From assembly GCA_964016885.1 (NCBI GenBank), contig OZ024748.1, positions 37,634,001-37,698,000 of the forward strand: DNA of 64,000 nt. Reading direction: 5' to 3'. Of this stretch, positions 1-15,000 are shown piece by piece (the stretch's first letter is position 1; every line of letters starts with the position of its first letter). A model generated the notes under the pieces. It ran no database searches. It was not told where the DNA came from and saw only the letters and a list, made by a program, of their open reading frames with translations. The position numbers were made by a program, and so were the translations under genes. This DNA is from Eledone cirrhosa (lineage: Eukaryota).

Positions 1-3000
1 TATGTCAATGTCAGTGTCAGTGTTAACTACCTCTAGATCTAGTATGACAATGTTAGTGTCAGTGTTAACTACCTCTAGATCTAGTATGACAATGTTAGTA
101 TCAGTGTTAACTACCTCTAGATCTAGTATGGCAATGTCAGACTTAACTACCTCTAGATCTAGTATGGCAATGTCAGTGTTAACTACCTCTAGATCTAGTA
201 TGGCAATGTAAGTGTTAACTACCTCTAGATCTATTATGACAATGTTAGTGTCAGTGTTAACTACCTCTAGATCTAGTATGACAATGTTAGTGTCAGAGTT
301 TACTACCTCTAGATCTAGTGTGACAATGTTAGTGTCAGTGGTAACTACCTCTAGATCTATTATGACAATGTCAGTGTCAGTGTTAACTACCTCTAGATCT
401 AGTATGACAATGTCAGTGTCAGTGTTAACTACCTCTAGATCTATTATGACAATGTCAGTGTCAGTGTTAACTACCTCTAGATCTAGTATGACAATGTCAG
501 TGTCAGAGTTAACTACCACTAGATCTAGTATGACAATGTCAGTGTCAGTGTTAACTACCTCTAGATCTAGTGTGAAAATGTTAGTGTCAGTGTTAACTAC
601 CTCTAGATCTAGTATGGCAATGTCAGTGTCAGTGTTAACTACCTCTAGATCTAGTATGACAATTTTAGTGTCAGTGTTAACTACCTCTAGATCTAGTATG
701 GCAATGTATGTGATAACTACCTCTAGATCTAGGATGACAATGTTAGTGTCAGAGTTTACTACCTCTAGATCTAGTGTGACAATGTTAGTGACAGTGTTAA
801 CTACCTCTAGATCTAGTATGACAATGTTAGTGTCAGTGTTAACTACCTCTAGATCTAGTATGGCAATGTCAGTGTTAACTACCTCTAGATCTAGTATGAC
901 AATGTTAGTGTCAGTGTTAACTACCACCAGATCTAGTATGGCAATGTCAGTGTCAGTGTTAACTACCTCTCGATCTAGTATGGCAATGTAAATGTTAACT
1001 ACCACCAGATCTAGTATGGCAATGTTAGTGTCAGTGTTAACTACCTCTAGATCTAGTATGACAATGTTAGTGTCAGTGTTAACTACCTCTAGATATAGTA
1101 TGACAATGTCAGTGTCAGTGTTAACTACCTCTAGATCTAGTATGACAATGTTAGTGTCAGTGTTAACTACCTCTAGATCTAGTGTGACAATGTTAGTGTC
1201 AGTGATAACTACCTCTAGATCTAGTATGACAATGTCAGTGACAGTGATAACTACCTCTAGATCTAGTATGACAATGTCAGTGTCAGTGTTAACTACCTCT
1301 AGATCTAGTATGACAATGTTAGTGTCAGTGTTAACTACCACTAGATCTAGTATGTCAATGTCAGTGTCAGTGATAACTACCTCTAGATCTAGTATGACAA
1401 TGTTAGTGTCAGTGTTAACTACCTCTAGATCTAGTATGACAATGTTAGTATCAGTGTTAACTACCTCTAGATCTAGTATGGCAATGTAAGTGTTAACTAC
1501 CTCTAGATCTATTATGACAATGTTAGTGTCAGTGTTAACTACCTCTAGATCTAGTATGACAATGTCAGTGTCAGTGTTAACTACCTCTAGATCTAATATG
1601 ACAATGTCAGTGTCAGTGTTAACTACCTCTAGATCTAGTATGACAATGTCAGTGTCAGAGTTAACTAACTCTAGATCTAGTATGACAATGTCAGTGTCAG
1701 TGTTAACTACCTCTAGATCTAGTGTGACAATGTTAGTGTCAGTGTTAACTACCTCTAGATCTAGTATGGCAATGTCAGTGTCAGTGTTAACTACCTCTAG
1801 ATCTAGTATGACAATGTTAGTGTCAGTGTTAACTACCACTAGATCTAGTATGTCAATGTCAGTGTCAGTGATAACTACCTCTAGATCTAGTATGACAATG
1901 TCAGTGTCTATGTTAACTACCTCTAGATCTAGTATGACAATGTCAGTGTCAGTGTTAACTACCTCTAGATCTAGTATAACAATGTCAGTGTCAGTGATAA
2001 CTACCTCTAGATCTATTATGACAATGTCAGTGTCAGTGTTAACTACCTCTAGATCTATTATGACAATGTCAGTGTCAGTGTTAACTACCTCTAGATCTAG
2101 TATAACAATGTCAGTGTCAGTGATAACTACCTCTTGATCTAGTATGACAATGTCAGTGTCAGTGTTAACTACCTCTAGATCTAGTATGACAATGTCAGTG
2201 TCAGTGTTAACTACCTCTAGATCTAGTATGACAATGTCAGTGTCAGTGTTAACTACCACTAGATCTAGTATGTCAATGTCAGTGTCAGTGTTAACTACCT
2301 CTAGATCTAGTGTGACAATGTTAGTGTCATTGATAACTACCTCTAGATCTAGTGTGACAATGTTAGTGTCAGTGATAACTACCTCTAGATCTAGTATGAC
2401 AATGTTAGTGTCAGTGTTAACTACCACTAGATCTAGTATGACAATGTCAGTGTCAGTGTTAACTACCTCTAGATCTAGTATGACAAAGCGTCAGTGTTAA
2501 CTACCTCTAGATCTAGTATGACAATGTTAGTGTCAGTGTTAACTACCACTAGATCTAGTATGACAATGTTAGTATCAGTGTTAACTACCACTAGATCTAG
2601 TATGGCAATGTCAGTGTCAGTGTTAACTACCTCTAGATCTAGTATGGCAATGTCAGTGTTAACTACCTCTAGATCTAGTATGACAATGTTAGTGTCAGTG
2701 TTGACTACCTCTAGATCTAGTATGGCAATGTCAGTGTCAGTGTTAACTACCTCTAGATCTAGTATGGCAATGTAAGTGTTAACTACCTCTAGATCTAGTA
2801 TGACAATGTTAGTGTCAGTGTTACCTACCTCTAAATCTAGTATGACAATGTCAGTGTCAGTGATAACTACCTCTAGATCTAGTGTGACAATGTTAGTGTC
2901 AATGTTACCTACCTCTAGATCTATTATGAAAATGTTAGTGTCAGTGTTACCTACCTCTACATCTAGTATGACAATGTTAGTGTCAGTGTTAACTAGCTCT

Positions 3001-6000
3001 AGATCTAGTATGACAATGTTAGTGTCAGTGTTAACTACCTCTAGATCTAGTGTGACAATGTTAGTGTCAGTGTTAACTACCTCTAGATCTAGTATGACAA
3101 CGTCAGTGTCAGTGTTAACTACCTCTAGATCTAGTATAACAATGTCAGTGACAGTGATAACTACCTCTAGATCTAGTATGACAATGTCAGTGTCAGTGTT
3201 AACTACCTCTAGATCTAGTATGACAATGTTAGTGTCAGTGTTAACTACCACTAGATCTAGTATGTCAATGTCAGTGTCAGTGATAACTACCTCTAGATCT
3301 AGTATGACAATGTCAGTGTCAGTGTTAACTACCTCTAGATCGAGTGTGACAATGTTATTGTCAGTGTTAACTACCACTAGATCTAGTATGTCAATGTCAG
3401 TGTCAGTGTTAACTACCTCGAGATCTAGTATGACAATGTTAGTGTCAGTGTTAACTACCTCTAGATCTAGTATGACAATGTTAGTATCAGTGTTAACTAC
3501 CTCTAGATCTAGTATGGCAATGTAAGTGTTAACTACCTCTAGATCTATTATGACAATGTTAGTGTCAGTGGTAACTACCTCTAGATCTAGTATGACAATG
3601 TCAGTGTCAGTGTTAACTACCTCTAGATCTAAAATGACAATGTCAGTGTCAGTGTTAACTACCTCTAGATCTAGTATGACAATGTCAGTGTCAGAGTTAA
3701 CTACCTCTAGATCTAGTATGACAATGTCAGTGTCAGTGTTAACTACCTCTAGATCTAGTGTGACAATGTTAGTGTCAGTGTTAACTACCTCTAGATCTAG
3801 TATGGCAATGTCAGTGTCAGTGTTAACTACCTCTAGATCTAGTATGACAATGTTAGTGTCAGTGTTAACTACCACTAGATCTAGTATGTCAATGTCAGTG
3901 TCAGTGATAACTACCTCTAGATCTAGTATGACAATGTCAGTGTCTATGTTAACTACCTCTAGATCTAGTATGACAATGTCAGTGTCAGTGTTAACTACCT
4001 CTAGATCTAGTATAACAATGTCAGTGTCAGTGATAACTACCTCTAGATCTATTATGACAATGTCAGTGTCAGTGTTAACTACCTCTAGATCTATTATGAC
4101 AATGTCAGTGTCAGTGTTAACTACCTCTAGATCTAGTATAACAATGTCAGTGTCAGTGATAACTACCTCTAGATCTAGTATGACAATGTCAGTGTCAGTG
4201 TTAACTACCTCTAGATCTAGTGTGACAATGTTAGTGTCAGTGTTAACTACCTCTAGATCTAGTATGACAATGTTAGTGTCAGTGTTAACTACCTCTAGAT
4301 CTAGTATGGCAATGTCAGTGTTAACTACCTCTAGATCTAGTATGACAATGTTAGTGTCAGTGTTAACTACCTCTAGATCTAGTATGGCAATGTCAGTGTC
4401 AGTGTTAACTACCTCTAGATCTAGTATGACAATGTCAGTGTCAGTGTTAACTACCTCTAGATCTAGTATGACAATGTCAGTGTCAGTGTTAACTACCTCT
4501 AGATCTAGTGTGACAATGTTAGTGTCAGTGATAACTACCTCTAGATCTAGTATGACAATGTCAGTGACAGTGATAACTACCTCTAGATCTAGTATGACAA
4601 TGTCAGTGTCAGTGTTAACTACCTCTAGATCTAGTATGACAATGTTAGTGTCAGTGTTAACTACCACTAGATCTAGTATGTCAATGTCAGTGTCAGTGAT
4701 AACTACCTCTAGATCTAGTATGACAATGTTAGTGTCAGTGTTAACTAACTCTAGATCTAGTATGACAATGTTAGTATCAGTGTTAACTACCTCTAGATCT
4801 AGTATGGCAATGTAAGTGTTAACTACCTCTAGATCTATTATGACAATGTTAGTGTCAGTGTTAACTACCTCTAGATCTAGTATGACAATGTCAGTGTCAG
4901 TGTTAACTACCTCTAGATCTAATATGACAATGTCAGTGTCAGTGTTAACTACCTCTAGATCTAGTATGACAATGTCAGTGTCAGAGTTAACTAACTCTAG
5001 ATCTAGTATGACAATGTCAGTGTCAGTGTTAACTACCTCTAGATCTAGTGTGACAATGTTAGTGTCAGTGTTAACTACCTCTAGATCTAGTATGGCAATG
5101 TCAGTGTCAGTGTTAACTACCTCTAGATCTAGTATGACAATGTTAGTGTCAGTGTTAACTACCACTAGATCTAGTATGTCAATGTCAGTGTCAGTGATAA
5201 CTACCTCTATATCTAGTATGACAATGTCAGTGTCTATGTTAACTACCTCTAGATCTAGTATGACAATGTCAGTGTCAGTGTTAACTACCTCTAGATCTAG
5301 TATAACAATGTCAGTGTCAGTGATAACTACCTCTAGATCTATTATGACAATGTCAGTGTCAGTGTTAACTACCTCTAGATCTATTATGACAATGTCAGTG
5401 TCAGTGTTAACTACCTCTAGATCTAGTATAACAATGTCAGTGTCAGTGATAACTACCTCTTGATCTAGTATGACAATGTCAGTGTCAGTGTTAACTACCT
5501 CTAGATCTAGTATGACAATGTCAGTGTCAGTGTTAACTACCTCTAGATCTAGTATGACAATGTCAGTGTCAGTGTTAACTACCACTAGATCTAGTATGTC
5601 AATGTCAGTGTCAGTGTTAACTACCTCTAGATCTAGTGTGACAATGTTAGTGTCATTGATAACTACCTCTAGATCTAGTGTGACAATGTTAGTGTCAGTG
5701 ATAACTACCTCTAGATCTAGTATGACAATGTTAGTGTCAGTGTTAACTACAACTAGATCTAGTATGACAATGTCAGTGTCAGTGTTAACTACCTCTAGAT
5801 CTAGTATGACAAAGCGTCAGTGTTAACTACCTCTAGATCTAGTATGACAATGTTAGTGTCAGTGTTAACTACCACTAGATCTAGTATGACAATGTTAGTA
5901 TCAGTGTTAACTACCACTAGATCTAGTATGGCAATGTCAGTGTCAGTGTTAACTACCTCTAGATCTAGTATGGCAATGTCAGTGTTAACTACCTCTAGAT

Positions 6001-9000
6001 CTAGTATGACAATGTTAGTGTCAGTGTTGACTACCTCTAGATCTAGTATGGCAATGTCAGTGTCAGTGTTAACTACCTCTAGATCTAGTATGGCAATGTA
6101 AGTGTTAACTACCTCTAGATCTAGTATGACAATGTTAGTGTCAGTGTTACCTACCTCTAAATCTAGTATGACAATGTCAGTGTCAGTGATAACTACCTCT
6201 AGATCTAGTGTGACAATGTTAGTGTCAATGTTACCTACCTCTAGATCTATTATGAAAATGTTAGTGTCAGTGTTACCTACCTCTACATCTAGTATGACAA
6301 TGTTAGTGTCAGTGTTAACTAGCTCTAGATCTAGTATGACAATGTTAGTGTCAGTGTTAACTACCTCTAGATCTAGTGTGACAATGTTAGTGTCAGTGTT
6401 AACTACCTCTAGATCTAGTATGACAACGTCAGTGTCAGTGTTAACTACCTCTAGATCTAGTATAACAATGTCAGTGACAGTGATAACTACCTCTAGATCT
6501 AGTATGACAATGTCAGTGTCAGTGTTAACTACCTCTAGATCTAGTATGACAATGTTAGTGTCAGTGTTAACTACCACTAGATCTAGTATGTCAATGTCAG
6601 TGTCAGTGATAACTACCTCTAGATCTAGTGTGACAATGTTAGTGTCAGTGATAACTACCTCTAGATCTAGTATGACAATGTTAGTGTCAGTGTTAACTAC
6701 CACTAGATCTAGTATGACAATGTCAGTGTCAGTGTTAACTACCTCTAGATCTAGTATGACAAAGCGTCAGTGTTAACTACCTCTAGATCTAGTATGACAA
6801 TGTTAGTGTCAGTGTTAACTACCACTAGATCTAGTATGACAATGTTAGTATCAGTGTTAACTACCACTAGATCTAGTATGGCAATGTCAGTGTCAGTGTT
6901 AACTACCTCTAGATCTAGTATGGCAATGTCAGTGTTAACTACCTCTAGATCTAGTATGACAATGTTAGTGTCAGTGTTGACTACCTCTAGATCTAGTATG
7001 GCAATGTCAGTGTCAGTGTTAACTACCTCTAGATCTAGTATGGCAATGTAAGTGTTAACTACCTCTAGATCTAGTATGACAATGTTAGTGTCAGTGTTAC
7101 CTACCTCTAAATCTAGTATGACAATGTCAGTGTCAGTGATAACTACCTCTAGATCTAGTGTGACAATGTTAGTGTCAATGTTACCTACCTCTAGATCTAT
7201 TATGAAAATGTTAGTGTCAGTGTTACCTACCTCTACATCTAGTATGACAATGTTAGTGTCAGTGTTAACTAGCTCTAGATCTAGTATGACAATGTTAGTG
7301 TCAGTGTTAACTACCTCTAGATCTAGTGTGACAATGTTAGTGTCAGTGTTAACTACCTCTAGATCTAGTATGACAACGTCAGTGTCAGTGTTAACTACCT
7401 CTAGATCTAGTATAACAATGTCAGTGACAGTGATAACTACCTCTAGATCTAGTATGACAATGTCAGTGTCAGTGTTAACTACCTCTAGATCTAGTATGAC
7501 AATGTTAGTGTCAGTGTTAACTACCACTAGATCTAGTATGTCAATGTCAGTGTCAGTGATAACTACCTCTAGATCTAGTATGACAATGTCAGTGTCAGTG
7601 TTAACTACCTCTAGATCGAGTGTGACAATGTTATTGTCAGTGTTAACTACCACTAGATCTAGTATGTCAATGTCAGTGTCAGTGTTAACTACCTCGAGAT
7701 CTAGTATGACAATGTTAGTGTCAGTGTTAACTACCTCTAGATCTAGTATGACAATGTTAGTATCAGTGTTAACTACCTCTAGATCTAGTATGGCAATGTA
7801 AGTGTTAACTACCTCTAGATCTATTATGACAATGTTAGTGTCAGTGGTAACTACCTCTAGATCTAGTATGACAATGTCAGTGTCAGTGTTAACTACCTCT
7901 AGATCTAAAATGACAATGTCAGTGTCAGTGTTAACTACCTCTAGATCTAGTATGACAATGTCAGTGTCAGAGTTAACTACCTCTAGATCTAGTATGACAA
8001 TGTCAGTGTCAGTGTTAACTACCTCTAGATCTAGTGTGACAATGTTAGTGTCAGTGTTAACTACCTCTAGATCTAGTATGGCAATGTCAGTGTCAGTGTT
8101 AACTACCTCTAGATCTAGTATGACAATGTTAGTGTCAGTGTTAACTACCACTAGATCTAGTATGTCAATGTCAGTGTCAGTGATAACTACCTCTAGATCT
8201 AGTATGACAATGTCAGTGTCTATGTTAACTACCTCTAGATCTAGTATGACAATGTCAGTGTCAGTGTTAACTACCTCTAGATCTAGTATAACAATGTCAG
8301 TGTCAGTGATAACTACCTCTAGATCTATTATGACAATGTCAGTGTCAGTGTTAACTACCTCTAGATCTATTATGACAATGTCAGTGTCAGTGTTAACTAC
8401 CTCTAGATCTAGTATAACAATGTCAGTGTCAGTGATAACTACCTCTAGATCTAGTATGACAATGTCAGTGTCAGTGTTAACTACCTCTAGATCTAGTGTG
8501 ACAATGTTAGTGTCAGTGTTAACTACCTCTAGATCTAGTATGACAATGTTAGTGTCAGTGTTAACTACCTCTAGATCTAGTATGGCAATGTCAGTGTTAA
8601 CTACCTCTAGATCTAGTATGACAATGTTAGTGTCAGTGTTAACTACCTCTAGATCTAGTATGGCAATGTCAGTGTCAGTGTTAACTACCTCTAGATCTAG
8701 TATGACAATGTCAGTGTCAGTGTTAACTACCTCTAGATCTAGTATGACAATGTCAGTGTCAGTGTTAACTACCTCTAGATCTAGTATGACAATGTCAGTG
8801 TCAGTGTTAACTACCACTAGATCTAGTATGTCAATGTCAGTGTCAGTGTTAACTACCTCTAGATCTAGTGTGACAATGTTAGTGTCAGTGATAACTACCT
8901 CTAGATCTAGTGTGACAATCTTAGTGTCAGTGATAACTACCTCTAGATCTAGTATGACAATGTTAGTGTCAGTGTTAACTACCACTAGATCTAGTATGAC

Positions 9001-12000
9001 AATGTCAGTGTCAGTGTTAACTACCTCTAGATCTAGTATGACAAAGTGTCAGTGTTAACTACCTCTAGATCTAGTATGACAATGTTAGTGTCAGTGTTAA
9101 CTACCACTAGATCTAGTATGACAATGTTAGTATCAGTGTTAACTACCACTAGATCTAGTATGGCAATGTCAGTGTCAGTGTTAACTACCTCTAGATCTAG
9201 TATGACAATGTTAGTGTCAGTGTTAACTACCTCTAGATCTAGTATGACAATGTCAGTGTCAGTGTTAACTACCTCTAGATCTAGTATGGCAATGTCAGTG
9301 TTAACTACCTCTAGATCTAGTATGACAATGTTAGTGTCAGTGTTAACTACCTCTAGATCTAGTATGGCAATGTCAGTGTCAGTGTTAACTACCTCTAGAT
9401 CTAGTATGGCAATGTAAGTGTTAACTACCTCTAGATCTAGTATGACAATGTTAGTGTCAGTGTTAACTACCTCTAAATCTAGTATGACAATGTCAGTGTC
9501 AGTGTTAACTACCTCTAGATCTAGTGTGACAATGTTAGTGTCAGTGTTACCTACCTCTAGATCTATTATGACAATGTTAGTGTCAGTGTTACCTACCTCT
9601 ACATCTAGTATGACAATGTTAGTGTCAGTGTTAACTAGCTCTAGATCTAGTATGACAATGTTAGTGTCAGTGTTAACTACCTCTAGATCTAGTGTGACAA
9701 TGTTAGTGTCAGTGTTAACTACCTCTAGATCTAGTATGTCAATGTCAGTGTCAGTGTTAACTACCTCGAGATCTAGTATGACAATGTTAGTGTCAGTGTT
9801 AACTACCACTAGATCTAGTATGTCAATGTCAGTGTCAGTGATAACTACCTCTAGATCTAGTATGACAATGTCAGTGTCAGTGTTAACTACCTCTAGATCG
9901 AGTGTGACAATGTTATTGTCAGTGTTAACTACCACTAGATCTAGTATGTCAATGTCAGTGTCAGTGTTAACTACCTCGAGATCTAGTATGACAATGTTAG
10001 TGTCAGTGTTAACTACCTCTAGATCTAGTATGACAATGTTAGTATCAGTGTTAACTACCTCTAGATCTAGTATGGCAATGTAAGTGTTAACTACCTCTAG
10101 ATCTATTATGACAATGTTAGTGTCAGTGGTAACTACCTCTAGATCTAGTATGACAATGTCAGTGTCAGTGTTAACTACCTCTAGATCTAAAATGACAATG
10201 TCAGTGTCAGTGTTAACTACCTCTAGATCTAATATGACAATGTCAGTGTCAGAGTTAACTACCTCTAGATCTAGTATGACAATGTCAGTGTCAGTGTTAA
10301 CTACCTCTAGATCTAGTGTGACAATGTTAGTGTCAGTGTTAACTACCTCTAGATCTAGTATGGCAATGTCAGTGTCAGTGTTAACTACCTCTAGATCTAG
10401 TATGACAATGTTAGTGTCAGTGTTAACTACCACTAGATCTAGTATGTCAATGTCAGTGTCAGTGATAACTACCTCTAGATCTAGTATGACAATGTCAGTG
10501 TCTATGTTAACTACCTCTAGATCTAGTATGACAATGTCAGTGTCAGTGTTAACTACCTCTAGATCTAGTATAACAATGTCAGTGTCATTGATAACTACCT
10601 CTAGATCTATTATGACAATGTCAGTGTCAGTGTTAACTACCTCTAGATCTATTATGACAATGTCAGTGTCAGTGTTAACTACCTCTAGATCTAGTATAAC
10701 AATGTCAGTGTCAGTGATAACTACCTCTAGATCTAGTATGACAATGTCAGTGTCAGTGTTAACTACCTCTAGATCTAGTGTGACAATGTTAGTGTCAGTG
10801 TTAACTACCTCTAGTTCTAGTATGACAATGTTAGTGTCAGTGTTAACTACCTCTAGATCTAGTATGGCAATGTCAGTGTTAACTACCTCTAGATCTAGTA
10901 TGACAATGTTAGTGTCAGTGTTAACTACCTCTAGATCTAGTATGGCAATGTCAGTGTCAGTGTTAACTACCTCTAGATCTAGTATGACAATGTCAGTGTC
11001 AGTGTTAACTACCTCTAGATCTAGTATGACAATGTCAGTGTCAGTGTTAACTACCTCTAGATCTAGTATGACAATGTCAGTGTCAGTGTTAACTACCACT
11101 AGATCTAGTATGTCAATGTCATTGTCAGTGTTAACTACCTCTAGATCTAGTGTGACAATGTTAGTGTCAGTGATAACTACCTCTAGATCTAGTGTGACAA
11201 TCTTAGTGTCAGTGATAACTACCTCTAGATCTAGTATGACAATGTTAGTGTCAGTGTTAACTACCACTAGATCTAGTATGACAATGTCAGTGTCAGTGTT
11301 AACTACCTCTAGATCTAGTATGACAAAGTGTCAGTGTTAACTACCTCTAGATCTAGTATGACAATGTTAGTGTCAGTGTTAACTACCACTAGATCTAGTA
11401 TGACAATGTTAGTATCAGTGTTAACTACCACTAGATCTAGTATGGCAATGTCAGTGTCAGTGTTAACTACCTCTAGATCTAGTATGACAATGTTAGTGTC
11501 AGTGTTAACTACCTCTAGATCTAGTATGACAATGTCAGTGTCAGTGTTAACTACCTCTAGATCTAGTATGGCAATGTCAGTGTTAACTATCTCTAGATCT
11601 AGTATGACAATGTTAGTGTCAGTGTTAACTACCTCTAGATCTAGTATGGCAATGTCAGTGTCAGTGTTAACTACCTCTAGATCTAGTATGGCAATGTAAG
11701 TGTTAACTACCTCTAGATCTAGTATGACAATGTTAGTGTCAGTGTTAACTACCTCTAAATCTAGTATGACAATGTCAGTGTCAGTGTTAACTACCTCTAG
11801 ATCTAGTGTGACAATGTTAGTGTCAGTGTTACCTACCTCTAGATCTATTATGACAATGTTAGTGTCAGTGTTACCTACCTCTACATCTAGTATGACAATG
11901 TTAGTGTCAGTGTTAACTAGCTCTAGATCTAGTATGACAATGTTAGTGTCAGTGTTAACTACCTCTAGATCTAGTGTGACAATGTTAGTGTCAGTGTTAA

Positions 12001-15000
12001 CTACCTCTAGATCTAGTATGTCAATGTCAGTGTCAGTGTTAACTACCTCGAGATCTAGTATGACAATGTTAGTGTCAGTGTTAACTACCTCTAGATCTAG
12101 TATGACAATGTTAGTATCAGTGTTAACTACCTCTAGATCTAGTATGGCAATGTAAGTGTTAACTACCTCTAGATCTATTATGACAATGTTAGTGTCAGTG
12201 GTAACTACCTCTAGATCTAGTATGACAATGTCAGTGTCAGTGTTAACTACCTCTAGATCTAATATGACAATGTCAGTGTCAGTGTTAACTACCTCTAGAT
12301 CTAGTATGACAATGTCAGTGTCAGAGTTAACTACCTCTAGATCTAGTATGACAATGTCAGTGTCAGTGTTAACTACCTCTAGATCTAGTGTGACAATGTT
12401 AGTGTCAGTGTTAACTACCTCTAGATCTAGTATGGCAATGTCAGTGTCAGTGTTAACTACCTCTAGATCTAGTATGACAATGTTAGTGTCAGTGTTAACT
12501 ACCACTAGATCTAGTATGTCAATGTCAGTGTCAGTGATAACTACCTCTAGATCTAGTATGACAATGTCAGTGTCTATGTTAACTACCTCTAGATCTAGTA
12601 TGACAATGTCAGTGTCAGTGTTAACTACCTCTAGATCTAGTATAACAATGTCAGTGTCAGTGATAACTACCTCTAGATCTATTATGACAATGTCAGTGTC
12701 AGTGTTAACTACCTCTAGATCTATTATGACAATGTCAGTGTCAGTGTTAACTACCTCTAGATCTAGTATAACAATGTCAGTGTCAGTGATAACTACCTCT
12801 AGATCTAGTATGACAATGTCAGTGTCAGTGTTAACTACCTCTAGATCTAGTGTGACAATGTTAGTGTCAGTGTTAACTACCTCTAGATCTAGTATGACAA
12901 TGTTAGTGTCAGTGTTAACTACCTCTAGATCTAGTATGGCAATGTCAGTGTTAACTACCTCTAGATCTAGTATGACAATGTTAGTGTCAGTGTTAACTAC
13001 CTCTAGATCTAGTATGGCAATGTCAGTGTCAGTGTTAACTACCTCTAGATCTAGTATGACAATGTCAGTGTCAGTGTTAACTACCTCTAGATCTAGTATG
13101 ACAATGTCAGTGTCAGTGTTAACTACCTCTAGATCTAGTATGACAATGTCAGTGTCAGTGTTAACTACCACTAGATCTAGTATGTCAATGTCAGTGTCAG
13201 TGTTAACTACCTCTAGATCTAGTGTGACAATGTTAGTGTCAGTGATAACTACCTCTAGATCTAGTGTGACAATCTTAGTGTCAGTGATAACTACCTCTAG
13301 ATCTAGTATGACAATGTTAGTGTCAGTGTTAACTACCACTAGATCTAGTATGACAATGTCAGTGTCAGTGTTAACTACCTCTAGATCTAGTATGACAAAG
13401 TGTCAGTGTTAACTACCTCTAGATCTAGTATGACAATGTTAGTGTCAGTGTTAACTACCACTAGATCTAGTATGACAATGTTAGTATCAGTGTTAACTAC
13501 CACTAGATCTAGTATGGCAATGTCAGTGTCAGTGTTAACTACCTCTAGATCTAGTATGACAATGTTAGTGTCAGTGTTAACTACCTCTAGATCTAGTATG
13601 ACAATGTCAGTGTCAGTGTTAACTACCTCTAGATCTAGTATGGCAATGTCAGTGTTAACTACCTCTAGATCTAGTATGACAATGTTAGTGTCAGTGTTAA
13701 CTACCTCTAGATCTAGTATGGCAATGTCAGTGTCAGTGTTAACTACCTCTAGATCTAGTATGGCAATGTAAGTGTTAACTACCTCTAGATCTAGTATGAC
13801 AATGTTAGTGTCAGTGTTAACTACCTCTAAATCTAGTATGACAATGTCAGTGTCAGTGTTAACTACCTCTAGATCTAGTGTGACAATGTTAGTGTCAGTG
13901 TTACCTACCTCTAGATCTATTATGACAATGTTAGTGTCAGTGTTAACTACCTCTAGATCTAGTATAACAATGTCAGTGACAGTGATAACTACCTCTAGAT
14001 CTAGTATGACAATGTCAGTGTCAGTGTTAACTACCTCTAGATCTAGTATGACAATGTCAGTGTCAGTGTTAACTACCTCTAGATCGAGTGTGACAATGTT
14101 AGTGTCAGTGTTAACTACCACTAGATCTAGTATGTCAATGTCAGTGTCAGTGTTAACTACCTCTAGATCTAGTATGACAATGTTAGTGTCAGTGTTAACT
14201 ACCTCTAGATCTAGTATGACAATGTTAATATCAGTGTTAACTACCTCTAGATCTAGTATGGCAATGTAAGTGTTAACTACCTCTAGATCTATTATGACAA
14301 TGTTAGTGTCAGTGTTAACTACCTCTAGATCTAGTATGACAATGTCAGTGTCAGTGTTAACTACCTCTAGATCTAGTATGGCAATGTAAGTGTTAACTAC
14401 CTCTAGATCTAGTATGACAACGTTAGTGTCAGTGTTAACTACCTCTAAATCTAGTATGACAATGTCAGTGTCAGTGTTAACTACCTCTAGATCTAGTGTG
14501 ACAATGTTAGTGTCAGTGTTACCTACCTCTAGATCTATTATGACAATGTTAGTGTCAGTGTTACCTACCTCTACATCTAGTATGACAATGTTAGTGTCAG
14601 TGTTAACTAGCTCTAGATCTAGTATGACAATGTTAGTGTCAGTGTTAACTACCTCTAGATCTAGTGTGACAATGTTAGTGTCAGTGTTAACTACCTCTAG
14701 ATCTAGTATGACAACGTCAGTGTCAGTGTTAACTACCTCTAGATCTAGTATAACAATGTCAGTGACAGTGATAACTACCTCTAGATCTAGTATGACAATG
14801 TCAGTGTCAGTGTTAACTACCTCTAGATCTAGTATGACAATGTTCGTGTCAGTGTTAACTACCACTAGATCTAGTATGTCAATGTCAGTGTCAGTGATAA
14901 CTACCTCTAGATCTAGTATGACAATGTCAGTGTCAGTGTTAACTACCTCTAGATCGAGTGTGACAATGTTAGTGTCAGTGTTAACTACCACTAGATCTAG